Position numbers and translations under genes: made by a program. DNA of 64,000 nucleotides. It comes from a virus. The first letter of the stretch is position 1. Each line of letters opens with the position of its first letter. The stretch spans positions 32,001-96,000 of IMG/VR virus record IMGVR_UViG_3300045256_000058. One strand, 5' to 3'. The notes under the pieces were generated by a model. It made no database searches. It had not been told where the DNA came from and was given only the letters and a program-made list of their open reading frames with translations. Positions 32,773 through 43,910 of this stretch are shown one piece after another.

Positions 32773-33888
32773 TTAGATATACAGAGTTGAATACTTATAT
32801 TGTTTTGCGAAGTTAAGTAATCCTTTTGTATTTCTCTTGTAAGATACAGGTTGTTGTGTTGATGGGTCTTGCATACTTGGGTCTGCTACACCTTGCATTT
32901 GAGTTTGTGTTTGCTGCATTTGTTGGTCAGCAGTCATTGTAGCCATTGGGTCATTAGGGTCAGCACCTTGAGACATATCATCGGGTACATCAGTAAGTCC
33001 AAGTAAGTCAACAACTCTAAGTGAGAATCCATTTAATGCTGTGTATACATACTGCTTAAGCATTGTTACATCAGTAATATCAATAGATTCAGAAGTATAG
33101 ATATTATTTAGAAGCTTCCATAACTTTTCATTTAAGTCATCGTATTCTTCTTTTAGGTCTTCGAGTGTTTGTTCATTAGATTCAAGGTCTTCCCAAGTAA
33201 ATACGTTATTGTCATCCATTGAGTTAAAGTTGAATGACGCAGTATTACCAAAACCTGCATATTGAAATAGACCCATGTTAGGGATAGCAGGGATGGGTAC
33301 TAATGATAGCTCAATAATACGATGTTCTTTAGGGTCTAAGTTAAGTCCCATAGAAACAGAAGTAACGATACCATTTCTAACTTTGTCTACGGCATCTTTA
33401 GCTTTTACAACTACATCATCTAGAAATAGACCTAGCTTACCTACTAGATGTTTAGCTCTTGGATTGGGTAAATCGCTTTCTTGAATTACTTTCGTGTAAG
33501 CTTTACCTTCTACCCCACCAACTGTATTAGACACCTTCTTTTCATGGTCAGTACATAAAGGTACAATTTGACCTTCTTCTAATGCTCGATTAGTATGCTC
33601 CGCAATAGTCTCTAATCTATCAGGACTAAAGCTATGAGGTCTACCATCACTATCCTTAAACTCTCCTTCTACCGCAACCAATGCCTTCTTAATTTCTACC
33701 GCAGAGTCACCACTATCATCACCATCTTCAGCGAAGAATAGAGAAGTTTTTGGGTTCCATCCAATAGGTTGAAAGAATGCTACTTTAGGTTGTGACTTTG
33801 AGAAGTTTGCTTTTTGTCTTCTTTTTGTTTGTGCAAGACTCAGTGGTGCTGAAGTTGCGATATTTGTTTTTGTTATTAACATTTGCAA
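32773..33888 (-). CDS. Prohead maturation protease (HK97/Mu-type serine protease) with acidic C-terminal extension
   Basis: 'LCTDH', 'SVSMG' and 'IIELSLVPIPAIP' catalytic-fold motifs. Confidence 0.85.
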   Translation of the reverse strand: MQMLITKTNIATSAPLSLAQTKRRQKANFSKSQPKVAFFQPIGWNPKTSLFFAEDGDDSGDSAVEIKKALVAVEGEFKDSDGRPHSFSPDRLETIAEHTNRALEEGQIVPLCTDHEKKVSNTVGGVEGKAYTKVIQESDLPNPRAKHLVGKLGLFLDDVVVKAKDAVDKVRNGIVTSVSMGLNLDPKEHRIIELSLVPIPAIPNMGLFQYAGFGNTASFNFNSMDDNNVFTWEDLESNEQTLEDLKEEYDDLNEKLWKLLNNIYTSESIDITDVTMLKQYVYTALNGFSLRVVDLLGLTDVPDDMSQGADPNDPMATMTADQQMQQTQTQMQGVADPSMQDPSTQQPVSYKRNTKGLLNFAKQYKYSTLYI

Positions 33889-33982
33889 TACTCTAATGGT
33901 ATATAATCATGACATTTCCTAAATCTATTGTATACTAAAAGAAGTAAATACTTGATTGTACCACTATTACTAATACTTTTTC

Positions 33983-34243
33983 ATGCCAACAAGAGAAGTT
34001 GTTTTCAAAGAGAAACTTGGAACTTTATTAAAGAAAGCAAGAACCTCTGTAAATCTATCTCAAGAACAAGTTGCCGCTCATTTCGGTGTCTCTCAAGATA
34101 CTATATCTAAATACGAAAGAGGAAAAGCTAATATTAGCCCGTACAAACTATTAGAATTTTCTAGACTCTACGAAAAACCAGTAACTTTCTTTTTCATGAC
34201 TAATGTGAGTGAGATTAAAGTTGCTCCTAGAAATACTCTCTAA
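33983..34243 (+). CDS. XRE-family HTH transcriptional regulator
   Basis: 'LKKARTSVNLSQEQVAAHFGVSQDTISKYERG' is a classic XRE HTH. Confidence 0.9.
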   Translation: MPTREVVFKEKLGTLLKKARTSVNLSQEQVAAHFGVSQDTISKYERGKANISPYKLLEFSRLYEKPVTFFFMTNVSEIKVAPRNTL

Positions 34244-36027
34244 ATACGAGCAGTAGTTGCACCAACATTCTGACCACTAATAGTATTTACAAGTACGTCC
34301 TCGAACTCATCAAAGAGTTGGGGATTTTTAATCTCTATCTTAATCGTTCTACCTACTCTAGTTACATCTTGAACTATATCGGTAGCAGTGGGTTGTACTA
34401 CTTCTGGTATAGCCCGGTCTACCTTTTGTAATGTTCTAAAGAATGTTCTCCATGCATTACTGCGAGACATAAGAAATGCACCTCCAACAAGTAATCCAGT
34501 ACCTAATAATGTAGGTAATACATTCTCTTGTGATTGACGTTGTGCCTGTACTTGTGCAAGACTACCTGGATAATTTACATCCTGTATATATTGTTGCTGT
34601 TTAGCCACTGCATCTAAATAACGTTGTCTTCTTAACCAATTAGGTTGAGTCTGAATAGGTGTAATTTCACTTATTTCTTCTTGTACTTCTTCCTCTGTAT
34701 CTAGTGGCTCAATAGTCCAGTAACAACTACAGTTTGGATGGAATGGAATCATTGGATGAGCAGGATTTTTGAAGTCAGTAGAATTACCACTACCTGATTC
34801 ATATCCAAGAATGCCTCGGTCTAAGTTTACCCCTAGAATAAGTAACTCTTTTACTGTAAATACTTTCCCATCCATAAGGGCACAAGCTTTACAAACTTCG
34901 TACCCATCAATCGGTACTACCTTCTTGGTTTGTCTATCTCTTGAATGCTCTAACTCCCAGTCTGCATTCCACCTAACCTTACGAGTTTCATCTGCGGGAC
35001 TGGTAAAACCTGCAAGCTTACCAAAGTTATAAGCAATAGCTAACTCAGTACGAAGAATATTTCTAGCTTTAGCTATTTCACTGTTGTTTTTAATATCCAT
35101 GCCCGCATCTACTAACGTCTCACTAATGTCTCGTCTTAATGTAGTTACCCTAGATGGATTAGTACGTATTTGTCTTACCCCTTCAATGTTCTTGTTTACA
35201 TACGCTGCTAGTTCCTCTTTAATAATGTCGTCATATCTACGAGCATAATCAGCACTAAGGATAGTAATACGTTGATTTAGATAGTTATCCCCAAGAAAAG
35301 TTTTACGAGATGCTTCAGCCTTTTTAGAGTAGTCAGAAATTTCTTGAACTGCACGTAGAAATTCAATACGTTGTTTAATTGTGTATCTAGATGCTTTTGA
35401 TTCAGAGTTAAGTAATTTATTTCTATTAAATATATCTTCTTGAGCTACTAATTTATTTACATTACGTTGAAGAATAGTTAGGTTTCTTCTAGCCCTACCA
35501 ATGATGTACGCAGAGTTATCACTTTCATCTCCGTTTGCAAATTCGGCAGTATTTTCCTCTAAACCAAAATGCGATACTAATGAATCGGATAGTAATGATG
35601 AGAAATTACTAGATGTTTGCTTATCGAAAGTCTTAAACATACCTGTAACATACAGCATATCTTCTATCTGATGATTGATACCTAGTTGATAACTATTTGA
35701 CCATAGTTCTTTTAACAATGAACGAAATTTGTTCATTAGAATATAGTTAACACTTTTGTAAAACTCATCAAACTTTCGCTTAAAGTAAGATTCGGGTAAC
35801 ACTTTTAATTTAGTAAACTCATCTTCACTTAATTTCTTTATGAATTCAATAAACCTGTCAAGGATTAAATCAAATGCAAGCTTACGAATCTCAGGTTTTT
35901 CTAATGTAACTAAAGTCTGACTAATAAGCTTGTAAAAATCATCTTTCTTTCGAGTAGTGTAAACTTTGGAAAACTTCATGATATAGGTAGAAGATACGAT
36001 ATACTTAGGTATATATTGAGTATACAA
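34240..36027 (-). CDS. Minor head morphogenesis protein (Mu gpF/SPP1 gp7-like domain)
   Basis: 'ARNILRTELAIAYN', 'CKACALMDGKVF' and 'PFHPNCSC' motifs. Confidence 0.85.
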   Translation of the reverse strand: MYTQYIPKYIVSSTYIMKFSKVYTTRKKDDFYKLISQTLVTLEKPEIRKLAFDLILDRFIEFIKKLSEDEFTKLKVLPESYFKRKFDEFYKSVNYILMNKFRSLLKELWSNSYQLGINHQIEDMLYVTGMFKTFDKQTSSNFSSLLSDSLVSHFGLEENTAEFANGDESDNSAYIIGRARRNLTILQRNVNKLVAQEDIFNRNKLLNSESKASRYTIKQRIEFLRAVQEISDYSKKAEASRKTFLGDNYLNQRITILSADYARRYDDIIKEELAAYVNKNIEGVRQIRTNPSRVTTLRRDISETLVDAGMDIKNNSEIAKARNILRTELAIAYNFGKLAGFTSPADETRKVRWNADWELEHSRDRQTKKVVPIDGYEVCKACALMDGKVFTVKELLILGVNLDRGILGYESGSGNSTDFKNPAHPMIPFHPNCSCYWTIEPLDTEEEVQEEISEITPIQTQPNWLRRQRYLDAVAKQQQYIQDVNYPGSLAQVQAQRQSQENVLPTLLGTGLLVGGAFLMSRSNAWRTFFRTLQKVDRAIPEVVQPTATDIVQDVTRVGRTIKIEIKNPQLFDEFEDVLVNTISGQNVGATTARI

Positions 36028-36043
36028 CTAATGTACATATTCT

Positions 36044-36523
36044 ATGGCTAATAAAGTAAACGTGGGCAGATATGGAAGCCCTAAATATATAGAACCAATT
36101 AGAAAGAAGTTCGAAGAAGCATTTCCAAACACAGTACCAACTGATTTCATTATCGACCACTGCCTTAAGTATTTCTGGCAGCATGTAGAAGAACAACTAA
36201 AGAATGAAGAAGAAGTTCAAATCTTTGCTTACGGAACATTCTTTGTAAAATCAGGTATCAGTGAAAGGACTAAGAAGTTTCAGTACTATCCTAAATTTAA
36301 GTTCTCTAGACACTTTGTTCTTCGACTAAGAGATGCTAAAGGTACAACTACTGAGGCGGAACAAAGAGAGATTCAAAAGAAACAAGAATTCATGGCTTCT
36401 ATCTGGGAAAAACGCAAAGACTACATGATTCGCACTAGAGGTAAAATCCCTCAACGTATTCTAGACATTCAAGAAGACTTAAATAAGATTAAAGAGCTTC
36501 AAGAAAAGAACGAAGGTAATTAA
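36044..36523 (+). CDS. HU/IHF-like DNA-binding protein with helical extension
   Basis: 'EEVQIFAYGTFFVK...YPKFKFS' fits the HU/IHF beta-arm pattern. Confidence 0.6.
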   Translation: MANKVNVGRYGSPKYIEPIRKKFEEAFPNTVPTDFIIDHCLKYFWQHVEEQLKNEEEVQIFAYGTFFVKSGISERTKKFQYYPKFKFSRHFVLRLRDAKGTTTEAEQREIQKKQEFMASIWEKRKDYMIRTRGKIPQRILDIQEDLNKIKELQEKNEGN

Positions 36524-36538
36524 ATATAATCAAGGTAC

Positions 36539-39500
36539 TTAAATATAAGGACTACTTGGTGGAGTAAAGCTAGATGTATGCAATGCTGTACGTCTATACA
36601 CTAATAGCTCATCAAGATAACAGTTATACCCAGTCGTATTTAATAGATTAGTTCGTTGACCTAGAAGAATTGGGCTATTGTAATCTGAATACTCTAAAGT
36701 ATCTGCAATTGCATTACCTAGCACACCATCTATAAAATAGTAAAGTATTCCATTGCTCTTAGTAATCTCAATGTGATGAAATACACCGCTTGAATTAAAG
36801 AATGTATTTGACAAAATACTAAAGAATAACGCAGCTTCAGGTATATTGTTTCTACCAATGTATAGTGAACTTCCTTTTAGATATATTTGTAAATCAGATT
36901 GTGAATATAAACTTTGTATGTCCCCAGTGGATAATGCTTTGTTTACATTTAACCAGAATGAAATAGTAAAGTCTTCATTTAGAAAAGCATAGTCAGTTTC
37001 ATTGGGTATTTCAATATACTTGCAGATTGAATTAGCAGTTAATATTAGACTAGATGCTCCGAATTTCTTAATAGATGTAGATACACTTGCATTAGTAGTA
37101 AGTGTTTTGTTTGCTGGAGAACTATCAGTAATAACTGAATCAAAATGTAATAGAGTCACATATCTTGCAGGGTCATAGTAGTCTCTAATATATGTATTTA
37201 TCTGTACCGCTTCGTCAAATGTAATGTTTCTATTTAACACAAGTACACAACCGATATATCCTTTTACACTTCGGTCATTAAACAATCTATCTTTTGCAAT
37301 ACTATTAAAGCTTAACGTGCTTGAACTATTAAATACAATCGTATTTAGTACTTTAGGTTTAAGTAAATAAGAATTAGTGACTTCTTTACCATTTACATAT
37401 TTATGACTAGATAGTATCGATGTCGCTGTAATACCTGAATCAAATAGAATACCGTTATTACCAGAACTAAAATCATTAGTACTTGCCTGTCCAAATAGAA
37501 AAGCACGGTCAATACTGCTCTCTTTTCTAACATATCCAACTATAAATCCTTTACCTGAGATAGTAGTTGACCCTTCAAGATAACTACTACCATCAATGTC
37601 AAACTCTGCTACTGATTTATTGTTTAGTGAGGGTAACGTGGATAGAATTACGTCATGTCCTATATACTCATTAGTGTTTAATCTATAATCAGACCAATGA
37701 GTAATATTAGTTGAGCTAAGGGTAAGAGTATCTAAGTCTGGTAATAGTATTAATGTAAATGAATTAGTACCTAATAAACTCTTTAGATTCAAATAAAGAG
37801 GATTAGTACGTAACGTAATATCTACATCAAAATTGAACGTAGAATCTAATGGGATAGTATTTGTAGCTTTTACTGCAAATGTAAGTATTTCATCTCGTTC
37901 ACCAGTAAAACTTAATATGCCATTACTGTCTATTGCAGCATCATAAATGGGTGTGAGTAATTCGTAAGTAAGAGGAAGAGATTGTAAATCAACCACCTTC
38001 TTAGTTAGGTCAATAGTAATATTAGATAAAAAGCGATATTCAGTTTCCGTAGAGAATACATAAGGGGCTAATGATGAGAAATATCGATTTGCTAATACTG
38101 ATACCACTGTATTTAATTCACTATCACTTAATTTAATATTCCAGCTAGTAAAGAAAGCTAACTTACCTCTTAGTTTTTCTAACCCACTAAAGCTAATTGC
38201 AACATCATCAGGTTGTACAGCAGTAATTATGTATAGTCTGTTTAAGTCTAATTTGTAATTAAGTGTGTTAACCAGTACCTTATTACTTCTGGTAGTTAAT
38301 TTAGTAATAGGTGTTTGACCATGAATCTGACTAATAGTAGAAACTGTCCATAGTTGACCTTCTCCTTTTATATCGGAAAAGTCTTTAAGCATTGGTCGAG
38401 TACCATATGAGTCTTGAATATAAACCCATACAAATGTCTTACCAGATACACCAGCAGCTAAGTCTAATTTTTGTATTGCATTAAATTGAACAGCATCATG
38501 GCTATTGAACAAACTAACTGCATCTAACCAATTAGGCTCAAATCCAGTAGTAGCTAGAAGATAGTTAACTTCATTATTAGTAACACCAGCATTAGTTACT
38601 CGTCTAGCATCTTCCCATCTAGTGACTCTATTAGATGAATCCTTAGTAATACCATAAAAACTAGAGTCGATAGGGCTATTTTCGGCACTTAATGCAAGAG
38701 TAATATTAGTTTGCTTAGGTAATAAGGCTACTATAGGGTCAGGTCTACATACCTTTAAGCTAAACTCAAAAGTGCTAGTCATACTTGCTGAGTTAGTTAC
38801 AGCAATCTTTATAGTTCCTTCGTAAGGTGTGGTAATTGAACCACTTAATACTGAACCTGTAAAACTAAGTCCCATATCTAATGGAGTTAATAGCTCATAT
38901 GATGCAATATCAAAAAACTCATCTAATAGAATAGTAGAAAAGTCATAGCTAAAAGCTGCATCAACTAATACTTTGAATGCTGGTGTTGCAGTAGCTACAA
39001 TACCTTGATAGTTAATATACATTTCCACAAGTAATGTTTCTATCTGTTGCGTCAGCGTATTATCAATATCATTCTCAAATGTAATGATTGCAGCTATCTT
39101 ACCTTGCACACTTTGTCTAATACTTTTATTTTCTGCTCCACCTAGTTCTCCACTCTTACCACCATATCCTTGTATTACTTCTTTTTGCTCTGGATTAGAT
39201 ATGTTCTTTACTGTAAGTACTCGTACTCTATTTAACGGAACGAATGTACTAGGTGTAACTACCCTACTGTTAATACGAGACGTAGCATTATAAATAGAAC
39301 TTCCAGTATATAGTTCGTTAGACCACAAAGCATTACCTGTTCTCGGAAATGCATCATAAAATAATACCGATGGACTAGGTGTATTACGCGGAGCATAGAT
39401 AAGATAGGAGTCAGACTGTCTAGTTAGATAAACAATAATAATAGTGCCCACACTAACTGGAAACTTATAGAATAGTTGCTGTAAACTACTATCGTCAAAG

Positions 39501-39805
39501 TTTAATGAGGGGTAATTATTAAATTGTGTGTCGTTAGTAACTATACTCGGAGATGATGAATTATCTGAGCTATATAGATAGTTACCATCCGCCAATAAGT
39601 TATACCAAGTACGTACAATATTGTTAGTGGGACTAAGCGCACCGATATGACTCTCAGTAATATACTCAGGTAATGCTATATAAAATCCATTTAGACTTTC
39701 ATCTGTTCTAACTAAATTCCACAGTTGTCTTAGTTTGGTACTTTGACTGTCGGAAAGAGAGTAACCTGTAGAAAATACGTGATTAAATACTGAGAATAAT
39801 TTCAT
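36539..39805 (-). CDS. Tail fibre/adhesin with lectin-like repeats, Ig-like segments and C-terminal LamG
   Basis: Three repeated lectin-like units and C-terminal 'EDFTISFW...YLDELLVYR' LamG. Confidence 0.7.
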   Translation of the reverse strand: MKLFSVFNHVFSTGYSLSDSQSTKLRQLWNLVRTDESLNGFYIALPEYITESHIGALSPTNNIVRTWYNLLADGNYLYSSDNSSSPSIVTNDTQFNNYPSLNFDDSSLQQLFYKFPVSVGTIIIVYLTRQSDSYLIYAPRNTPSPSVLFYDAFPRTGNALWSNELYTGSSIYNATSRINSRVVTPSTFVPLNRVRVLTVKNISNPEQKEVIQGYGGKSGELGGAENKSIRQSVQGKIAAIITFENDIDNTLTQQIETLLVEMYINYQGIVATATPAFKVLVDAAFSYDFSTILLDEFFDIASYELLTPLDMGLSFTGSVLSGSITTPYEGTIKIAVTNSASMTSTFEFSLKVCRPDPIVALLPKQTNITLALSAENSPIDSSFYGITKDSSNRVTRWEDARRVTNAGVTNNEVNYLLATTGFEPNWLDAVSLFNSHDAVQFNAIQKLDLAAGVSGKTFVWVYIQDSYGTRPMLKDFSDIKGEGQLWTVSTISQIHGQTPITKLTTRSNKVLVNTLNYKLDLNRLYIITAVQPDDVAISFSGLEKLRGKLAFFTSWNIKLSDSELNTVVSVLANRYFSSLAPYVFSTETEYRFLSNITIDLTKKVVDLQSLPLTYELLTPIYDAAIDSNGILSFTGERDEILTFAVKATNTIPLDSTFNFDVDITLRTNPLYLNLKSLLGTNSFTLILLPDLDTLTLSSTNITHWSDYRLNTNEYIGHDVILSTLPSLNNKSVAEFDIDGSSYLEGSTTISGKGFIVGYVRKESSIDRAFLFGQASTNDFSSGNNGILFDSGITATSILSSHKYVNGKEVTNSYLLKPKVLNTIVFNSSSTLSFNSIAKDRLFNDRSVKGYIGCVLVLNRNITFDEAVQINTYIRDYYDPARYVTLLHFDSVITDSSPANKTLTTNASVSTSIKKFGASSLILTANSICKYIEIPNETDYAFLNEDFTISFWLNVNKALSTGDIQSLYSQSDLQIYLKGSSLYIGRNNIPEAALFFSILSNTFFNSSGVFHHIEITKSNGILYYFIDGVLGNAIADTLEYSDYNSPILLGQRTNLLNTTGYNCYLDELLVYRRTALHTSSFTPPSSPYI

Positions 39806-39819
39806 TTGTAATACTACTA

Positions 39820-40602
39820 TTAGACAGGCATTGCTGCTAGTATCTCATTCAAATCAAAATCTGTATTTATGTTAAGAAGATTAGCAACAAATTGTTTTCT
39901 ATTAGTAAAATTATAACTTTTCCAAAGCATTAGAAACTGAAACCAACTCAGTGTTTTGTCTGTAGGTTTATAATCTTTGAGATATGCAATTTGTGTGTCA
40001 CTTAAAATCTCATTGTTCGCATTTCTAAGACTTTCAGTATAAATAATAGTCGGAGCTTCAGGAAATGTAACCATATGAGGATACAAAGAGAAATTAATAC
40101 TATCTCGAAGTATCTGTCTATAGAGTTTATACTTTTGTTGAGTTTGAGTAGAAACAATATCACTGCTTTCTATCCAATCAGTATCAGTAAGCAACTTGTT
40201 TCTCTCCGCTCTTTTTGTTTCCCATTCAGTATCTAACTTTTGTTGATTAACAGAGTAACTAACTTTTACTTTCCAACTACTACTATTTGAATCATAATAA
40301 GGACTCGACAATTCTTTGCTCACATACTTAAAAAACTCATTAATATCAATAGTGTCTATGCTGCTATCAACTTCGATAGAAAATGGTTCAATTACATAAT
40401 CAACGACAAAGAAATTAAAGTATCCAAATACCTCATCAGTAATAGTCGCAGAAAAAATAGTACTAGGGAATAATTGTTTCAGATACTCTTTAGCTTGTGC
40501 ATACAAATATAAAGTTGGTGAGACGCTTTGAATATTAGGAGCATACACGTATAGTTTTGGCAGAGTTTCATTAAATATTAATGTAATAGTTTTAGTTGTC
40601 AT
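39820..40602 (-). CDS. Tail fibre assembly chaperone-like protein
   Basis: 'RAERNKLLTDTDW...YRQILRD...FPEAP' motif of tail assembly chaperones. Confidence 0.75.
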   Translation of the reverse strand: MTTKTITLIFNETLPKLYVYAPNIQSVSPTLYLYAQAKEYLKQLFPSTIFSATITDEVFGYFNFFVVDYVIEPFSIEVDSSIDTIDINEFFKYVSKELSSPYYDSNSSSWKVKVSYSVNQQKLDTEWETKRAERNKLLTDTDWIESSDIVSTQTQQKYKLYRQILRDSINFSLYPHMVTFPEAPTIIYTESLRNANNEILSDTQIAYLKDYKPTDKTLSWFQFLMLWKSYNFTNRKQFVANLLNINTDFDLNEILAAMPV

Positions 40603-41687
40603 GTTACTTTGGCAAGATTTGTAGCTTTCTGAAATAGATAAATAGTAGGTGTAGTAGATTGAGCAGGATAAACAAGATAACCTGTAAGTATGTGATTCTT
40701 ACCTTCTAAGATTGGCGGTATACCATTCTCAAATTGAATAGTATTAGTAAAATTAAGTACTCCAGTAAAATCTTGTATAAAGATAGAGAATGGTTTGAAT
40801 TTACCATACTCCGCATTTGCTTCATTAAAACTACTGCTGACATCGATACTTAAATAATAAACAGTGTTATTACATTTAATAGTAAAAGCATTGTTTAATG
40901 TAACATCTAAACTAGCAGAATCAGAAGCCTCAGTTAAATTCAATAACTGTGTCCCATAAAGTTCATTGACTATAGCATATCCTGATGCATTTAAGTCACC
41001 ACCTAATGTTGGCTTACTATCTCCAACAATAAGTAAAGGTTCAATGTATACGACTCCACCAGATGTTTCATTACTTCTTCGTCTACGTAGTATCTTATAA
41101 GGTGCAGGAGTACCAGTTACATCATCTAATGTAGAAACTCTAGTTGCTTCGGGACGTAATATCCATCGTGCCCACCAATGTCCGTTACGTGATGCAAGTA
41201 TATCTTTAGTAGGGTCATACTCTCCTGCAATAGATGTGAGTGCAAAATTATGATAATCGGCATCTAATGCTGGAAGATTTACATCAGTTAAATCTCCCAC
41301 ATTAAACTCAGGTGCAGCTATATTCTTTAATTTACTTACATCAGAGTCATAACCTAAATAAGTATTATCCAATGGGTCAGTGAACTGTATACCATTGAGT
41401 GCATTTAGATAAAGAAAAGGTAATGAAGTAGTTAAATACAACCTTCTAGCATTACCTTTCTCTTCTATTAATACTCGTAAAAACGCAAAGTTAGAGTTAG
41501 TAGATACTCTGTCAAATCTAAAATCACTGAACTCTACTAATTTTCTTAATGAATTACCTACTATACTTACCTTTGATGTTAAGGTCTTTGTATAAATATG
41601 TTTATTTCTAAAGTTAATAGCAAGCTCACCTATTCTTAAATCAATAGGGTTAGGTGATTTAAGAGAGTCAGAGTGTTTAATAAACAT
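40599..41687 (-). CDS. Tail fibre protein
   Basis: N-terminal 'IKHS...P..L.IGELAIN...IYTK' fibre motif; 'DSKPTLGGDLNASG'. Confidence 0.7.
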   Translation of the reverse strand: MFIKHSDSLKSPNPIDLRIGELAINFRNKHIYTKTLTSKVSIVGNSLRKLVEFSDFRFDRVSTNSNFAFLRVLIEEKGNARRLYLTTSLPFLYLNALNGIQFTDPLDNTYLGYDSDVSKLKNIAAPEFNVGDLTDVNLPALDADYHNFALTSIAGEYDPTKDILASRNGHWWARWILRPEATRVSTLDDVTGTPAPYKILRRRRSNETSGGVVYIEPLLIVGDSKPTLGGDLNASGYAIVNELYGTQLLNLTEASDSASLDVTLNNAFTIKCNNTVYYLSIDVSSSFNEANAEYGKFKPFSIFIQDFTGVLNFTNTIQFENGIPPILEGKNHILTGYLVYPAQSTTPTIYLFQKATNLAKVT

Positions 41688-41698
41688 GAATGCAATCG

Positions 41699-42850
41699 TT
41701 AGTTAAATCTTGTCGGTCTAACGTTTGTCATTCTTTCAGCACTCTTTACATTGCTTAAAGCCTCTCCTGCTCTTTTTCTAAGTTTAGGATTAGAACTAGC
41801 CAGATTTCCACCTTTAGCTAGTGCATTCTTCACTTTACCTAGTTTATTCGGCATTAATGGTTTGAAGCCAAAGTTAACCATAAATTCAGGTTTTGTGTTA
41901 AATGAATAGTCTGCCATATCATTTCCTCTATTATTAATTGCCGATATTGATGCTCCTACTGCTAAACCAGTTCCAGTTGCAGCAGCACCGATAGCGTATT
42001 TTTGCTGATTTTGATGTATGTGGTCTGCTAGTGTACCTACTTGTGTTGTCTTATGCATTGGATTAGGTGGAACAGGGATAGGAGTTGCCCCTCTTAAGGC
42101 TCTTTTATATCCTACGCCAGCACCCGCAGCAGCAGCACTACCTGCGATAGCTGCATCTGTACCCGCTCTATGAATTATTCTACTTCTAGCTTCTGGGTCT
42201 TCTTGAAATAAATCAATCGCATTATTAGTGGCTTCACTTACATTATGATAAGCATCTTTAATTCCACGTCCAGCACTATTCCATGCCCCTTGAATTGCAT
42301 CAGGTGTTACACTCCACAAGTCTTTGGCATTATCAGCTAGTCCTCTACCAGCATTTATTCCAGTGTTGTATCCATTTCTGGCTACATTAGATACAGCTTC
42401 ACCAATACTACTAGCACCTCGTTGAATAGGGGCAGCAATGTCTCTAGCTGTCTGACCAATTTGATAACCTAGTGGAGCATGAAGGTCAGGTAATGGGGCA
42501 GGATAGGGAACACCAATAGGACGGTCAACATTTCTGTTAAACATATCTTGCACAGTACCACCAATATTATCGGCGGCACTTCTAAATGCATCGGGTAGCC
42601 CAGTAGGAGCAGATAGTACTTGTCTACCTGTATTATATGCACCTTCTAATGCTCGTCCTCCTTGAACACCAATTTCACGAATACCGTGTGCTAACGCTCT
42701 ACCGCCTTGAATAGCGGCATCGTTATATTGTTGACCAGAATCTAAGTATTGATATAGACCGTCAAAAGCTGGGTTAAAGTTTGCTACGCCTCTTCCCTTA
42801 TTAGAATATAAAGCTTCTTTATGAAATCTTGTGTTGCCTACTAACTTCAT
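41699..42850 (-). CDS. Putative internal head protein (AxF family)
   Basis: 'GVANFN' near the N-terminus and 'YSFNTKPEFMVNFG' near the C-terminus; Ala/Gly-rich. Confidence 0.55.
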   Translation of the reverse strand: MKLVGNTRFHKEALYSNKGRGVANFNPAFDGLYQYLDSGQQYNDAAIQGGRALAHGIREIGVQGGRALEGAYNTGRQVLSAPTGLPDAFRSAADNIGGTVQDMFNRNVDRPIGVPYPAPLPDLHAPLGYQIGQTARDIAAPIQRGASSIGEAVSNVARNGYNTGINAGRGLADNAKDLWSVTPDAIQGAWNSAGRGIKDAYHNVSEATNNAIDLFQEDPEARSRIIHRAGTDAAIAGSAAAAGAGVGYKRALRGATPIPVPPNPMHKTTQVGTLADHIHQNQQKYAIGAAATGTGLAVGASISAINNRGNDMADYSFNTKPEFMVNFGFKPLMPNKLGKVKNALAKGGNLASSNPKLRKRAGEALSNVKSAERMTNVRPTRFN

Positions 42851-42908
42851 GATATTATGTTACGTTTACTTTGCTACTAACATTATACATAATCATGTCT
42901 GTAAACAT

Positions 42909-42938
42909 AAAAAATCCCCAATATTTCTATCGGAGATT
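42909..42938 (-). terminator. Intrinsic terminator
   Basis: Minus strand AATCTCCGATA-GAAA-TATTGGGGATT plus a T run. Confidence 0.8.
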
Positions 42939-42962
42939 CTTTATTTATTTAACGTATGGGGC

Positions 42963-43787
42963 TTATCTACCGCGTGAAGAAAAACGTGTTCCGTTTCCTC
43001 TACTAAATGAAGCTACGTATTGATTTAGAGTTGTACGAGCATATTGTGCTTGCTCATCATCTTGTCCTTGTAGTGCATTCATTCCGGCAACACCAGCACC
43101 AAGACCACCAAGAGCTAATGCTCCGAGTCCTACTCTACGAGCCATTGGGTTAGCAGCTAAAGCTTGCGCTCTTTGCATTAAACCAGGAGCTTGTGCAGCA
43201 GCTTGTTGTTGAAGTTGTCTATTTCTAGCAGCATTGCGTAGTCCGAGTCCGCCAGCACCAGCAGCAGCGACACCACCAGCAGCGGCAGCATCAACACCCG
43301 GATGTCCCATTACATATCCTTTAGCTGAATTGAACGCATCACCAATGGCTCCACCAGCTCTTTGAAGGAAACCTTGATTTTGACCAGGCATAATTTCAGA
43401 AATACTTTGAATACCTGAAGTAGAAGGTGCAGGAGGTGGTGCAAAGTTCTCTGCAATATTTTGAATACCTTGATAGATACCTGAAGGTTGTGTAGCACCT
43501 GGGTTATATGGTACAGGAGGACGACCACCTTGTAGTAATCCACCTAGTCTGTTACCTAAACCTTGTAGTTGGTCTACACCAGTAGGAGCAGCTTGTGGAG
43601 CGCCACCAGGAAACATACCTCTAACATTTTGCCATGCTTGACCAGCAGCGTCCATATATGCGCTTGGGTCAGTAGGGTCAAAGAAGTTAGCGATACTAGC
43701 TTGTGGTGCAATAAAGCTCGCAGACCCTCTGTTGGCATGACGGTAGAGTGCGTATCTTGAAGCTTTTTGTCTTGAATACTTATTCAT
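42963..43787 (-). CDS. Putative internal head protein (AxF family)
   Basis: 'SASF..SIANFFDP' at the N-terminus and 'YVASFSRG' at the C-terminus; Gly/Ala/Gln-rich. Confidence 0.6.
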   Translation of the reverse strand: MNKYSRQKASRYALYRHANRGSASFIAPQASIANFFDPTDPSAYMDAAGQAWQNVRGMFPGGAPQAAPTGVDQLQGLGNRLGGLLQGGRPPVPYNPGATQPSGIYQGIQNIAENFAPPPAPSTSGIQSISEIMPGQNQGFLQRAGGAIGDAFNSAKGYVMGHPGVDAAAAGGVAAAGAGGLGLRNAARNRQLQQQAAAQAPGLMQRAQALAANPMARRVGLGALALGGLGAGVAGMNALQGQDDEQAQYARTTLNQYVASFSRGNGTRFSSRGR

Positions 43788-43910
43788 ATTGATTTTGTAT
43801 ATTCCTTATCAATCGATTGATGTTGAATTTGAAGTCCACTAATTCGAATTACTTCTATACATAAGTATATACTATCATGAGAATATACGATTTTAGTTCA
43901 ACTATAACTC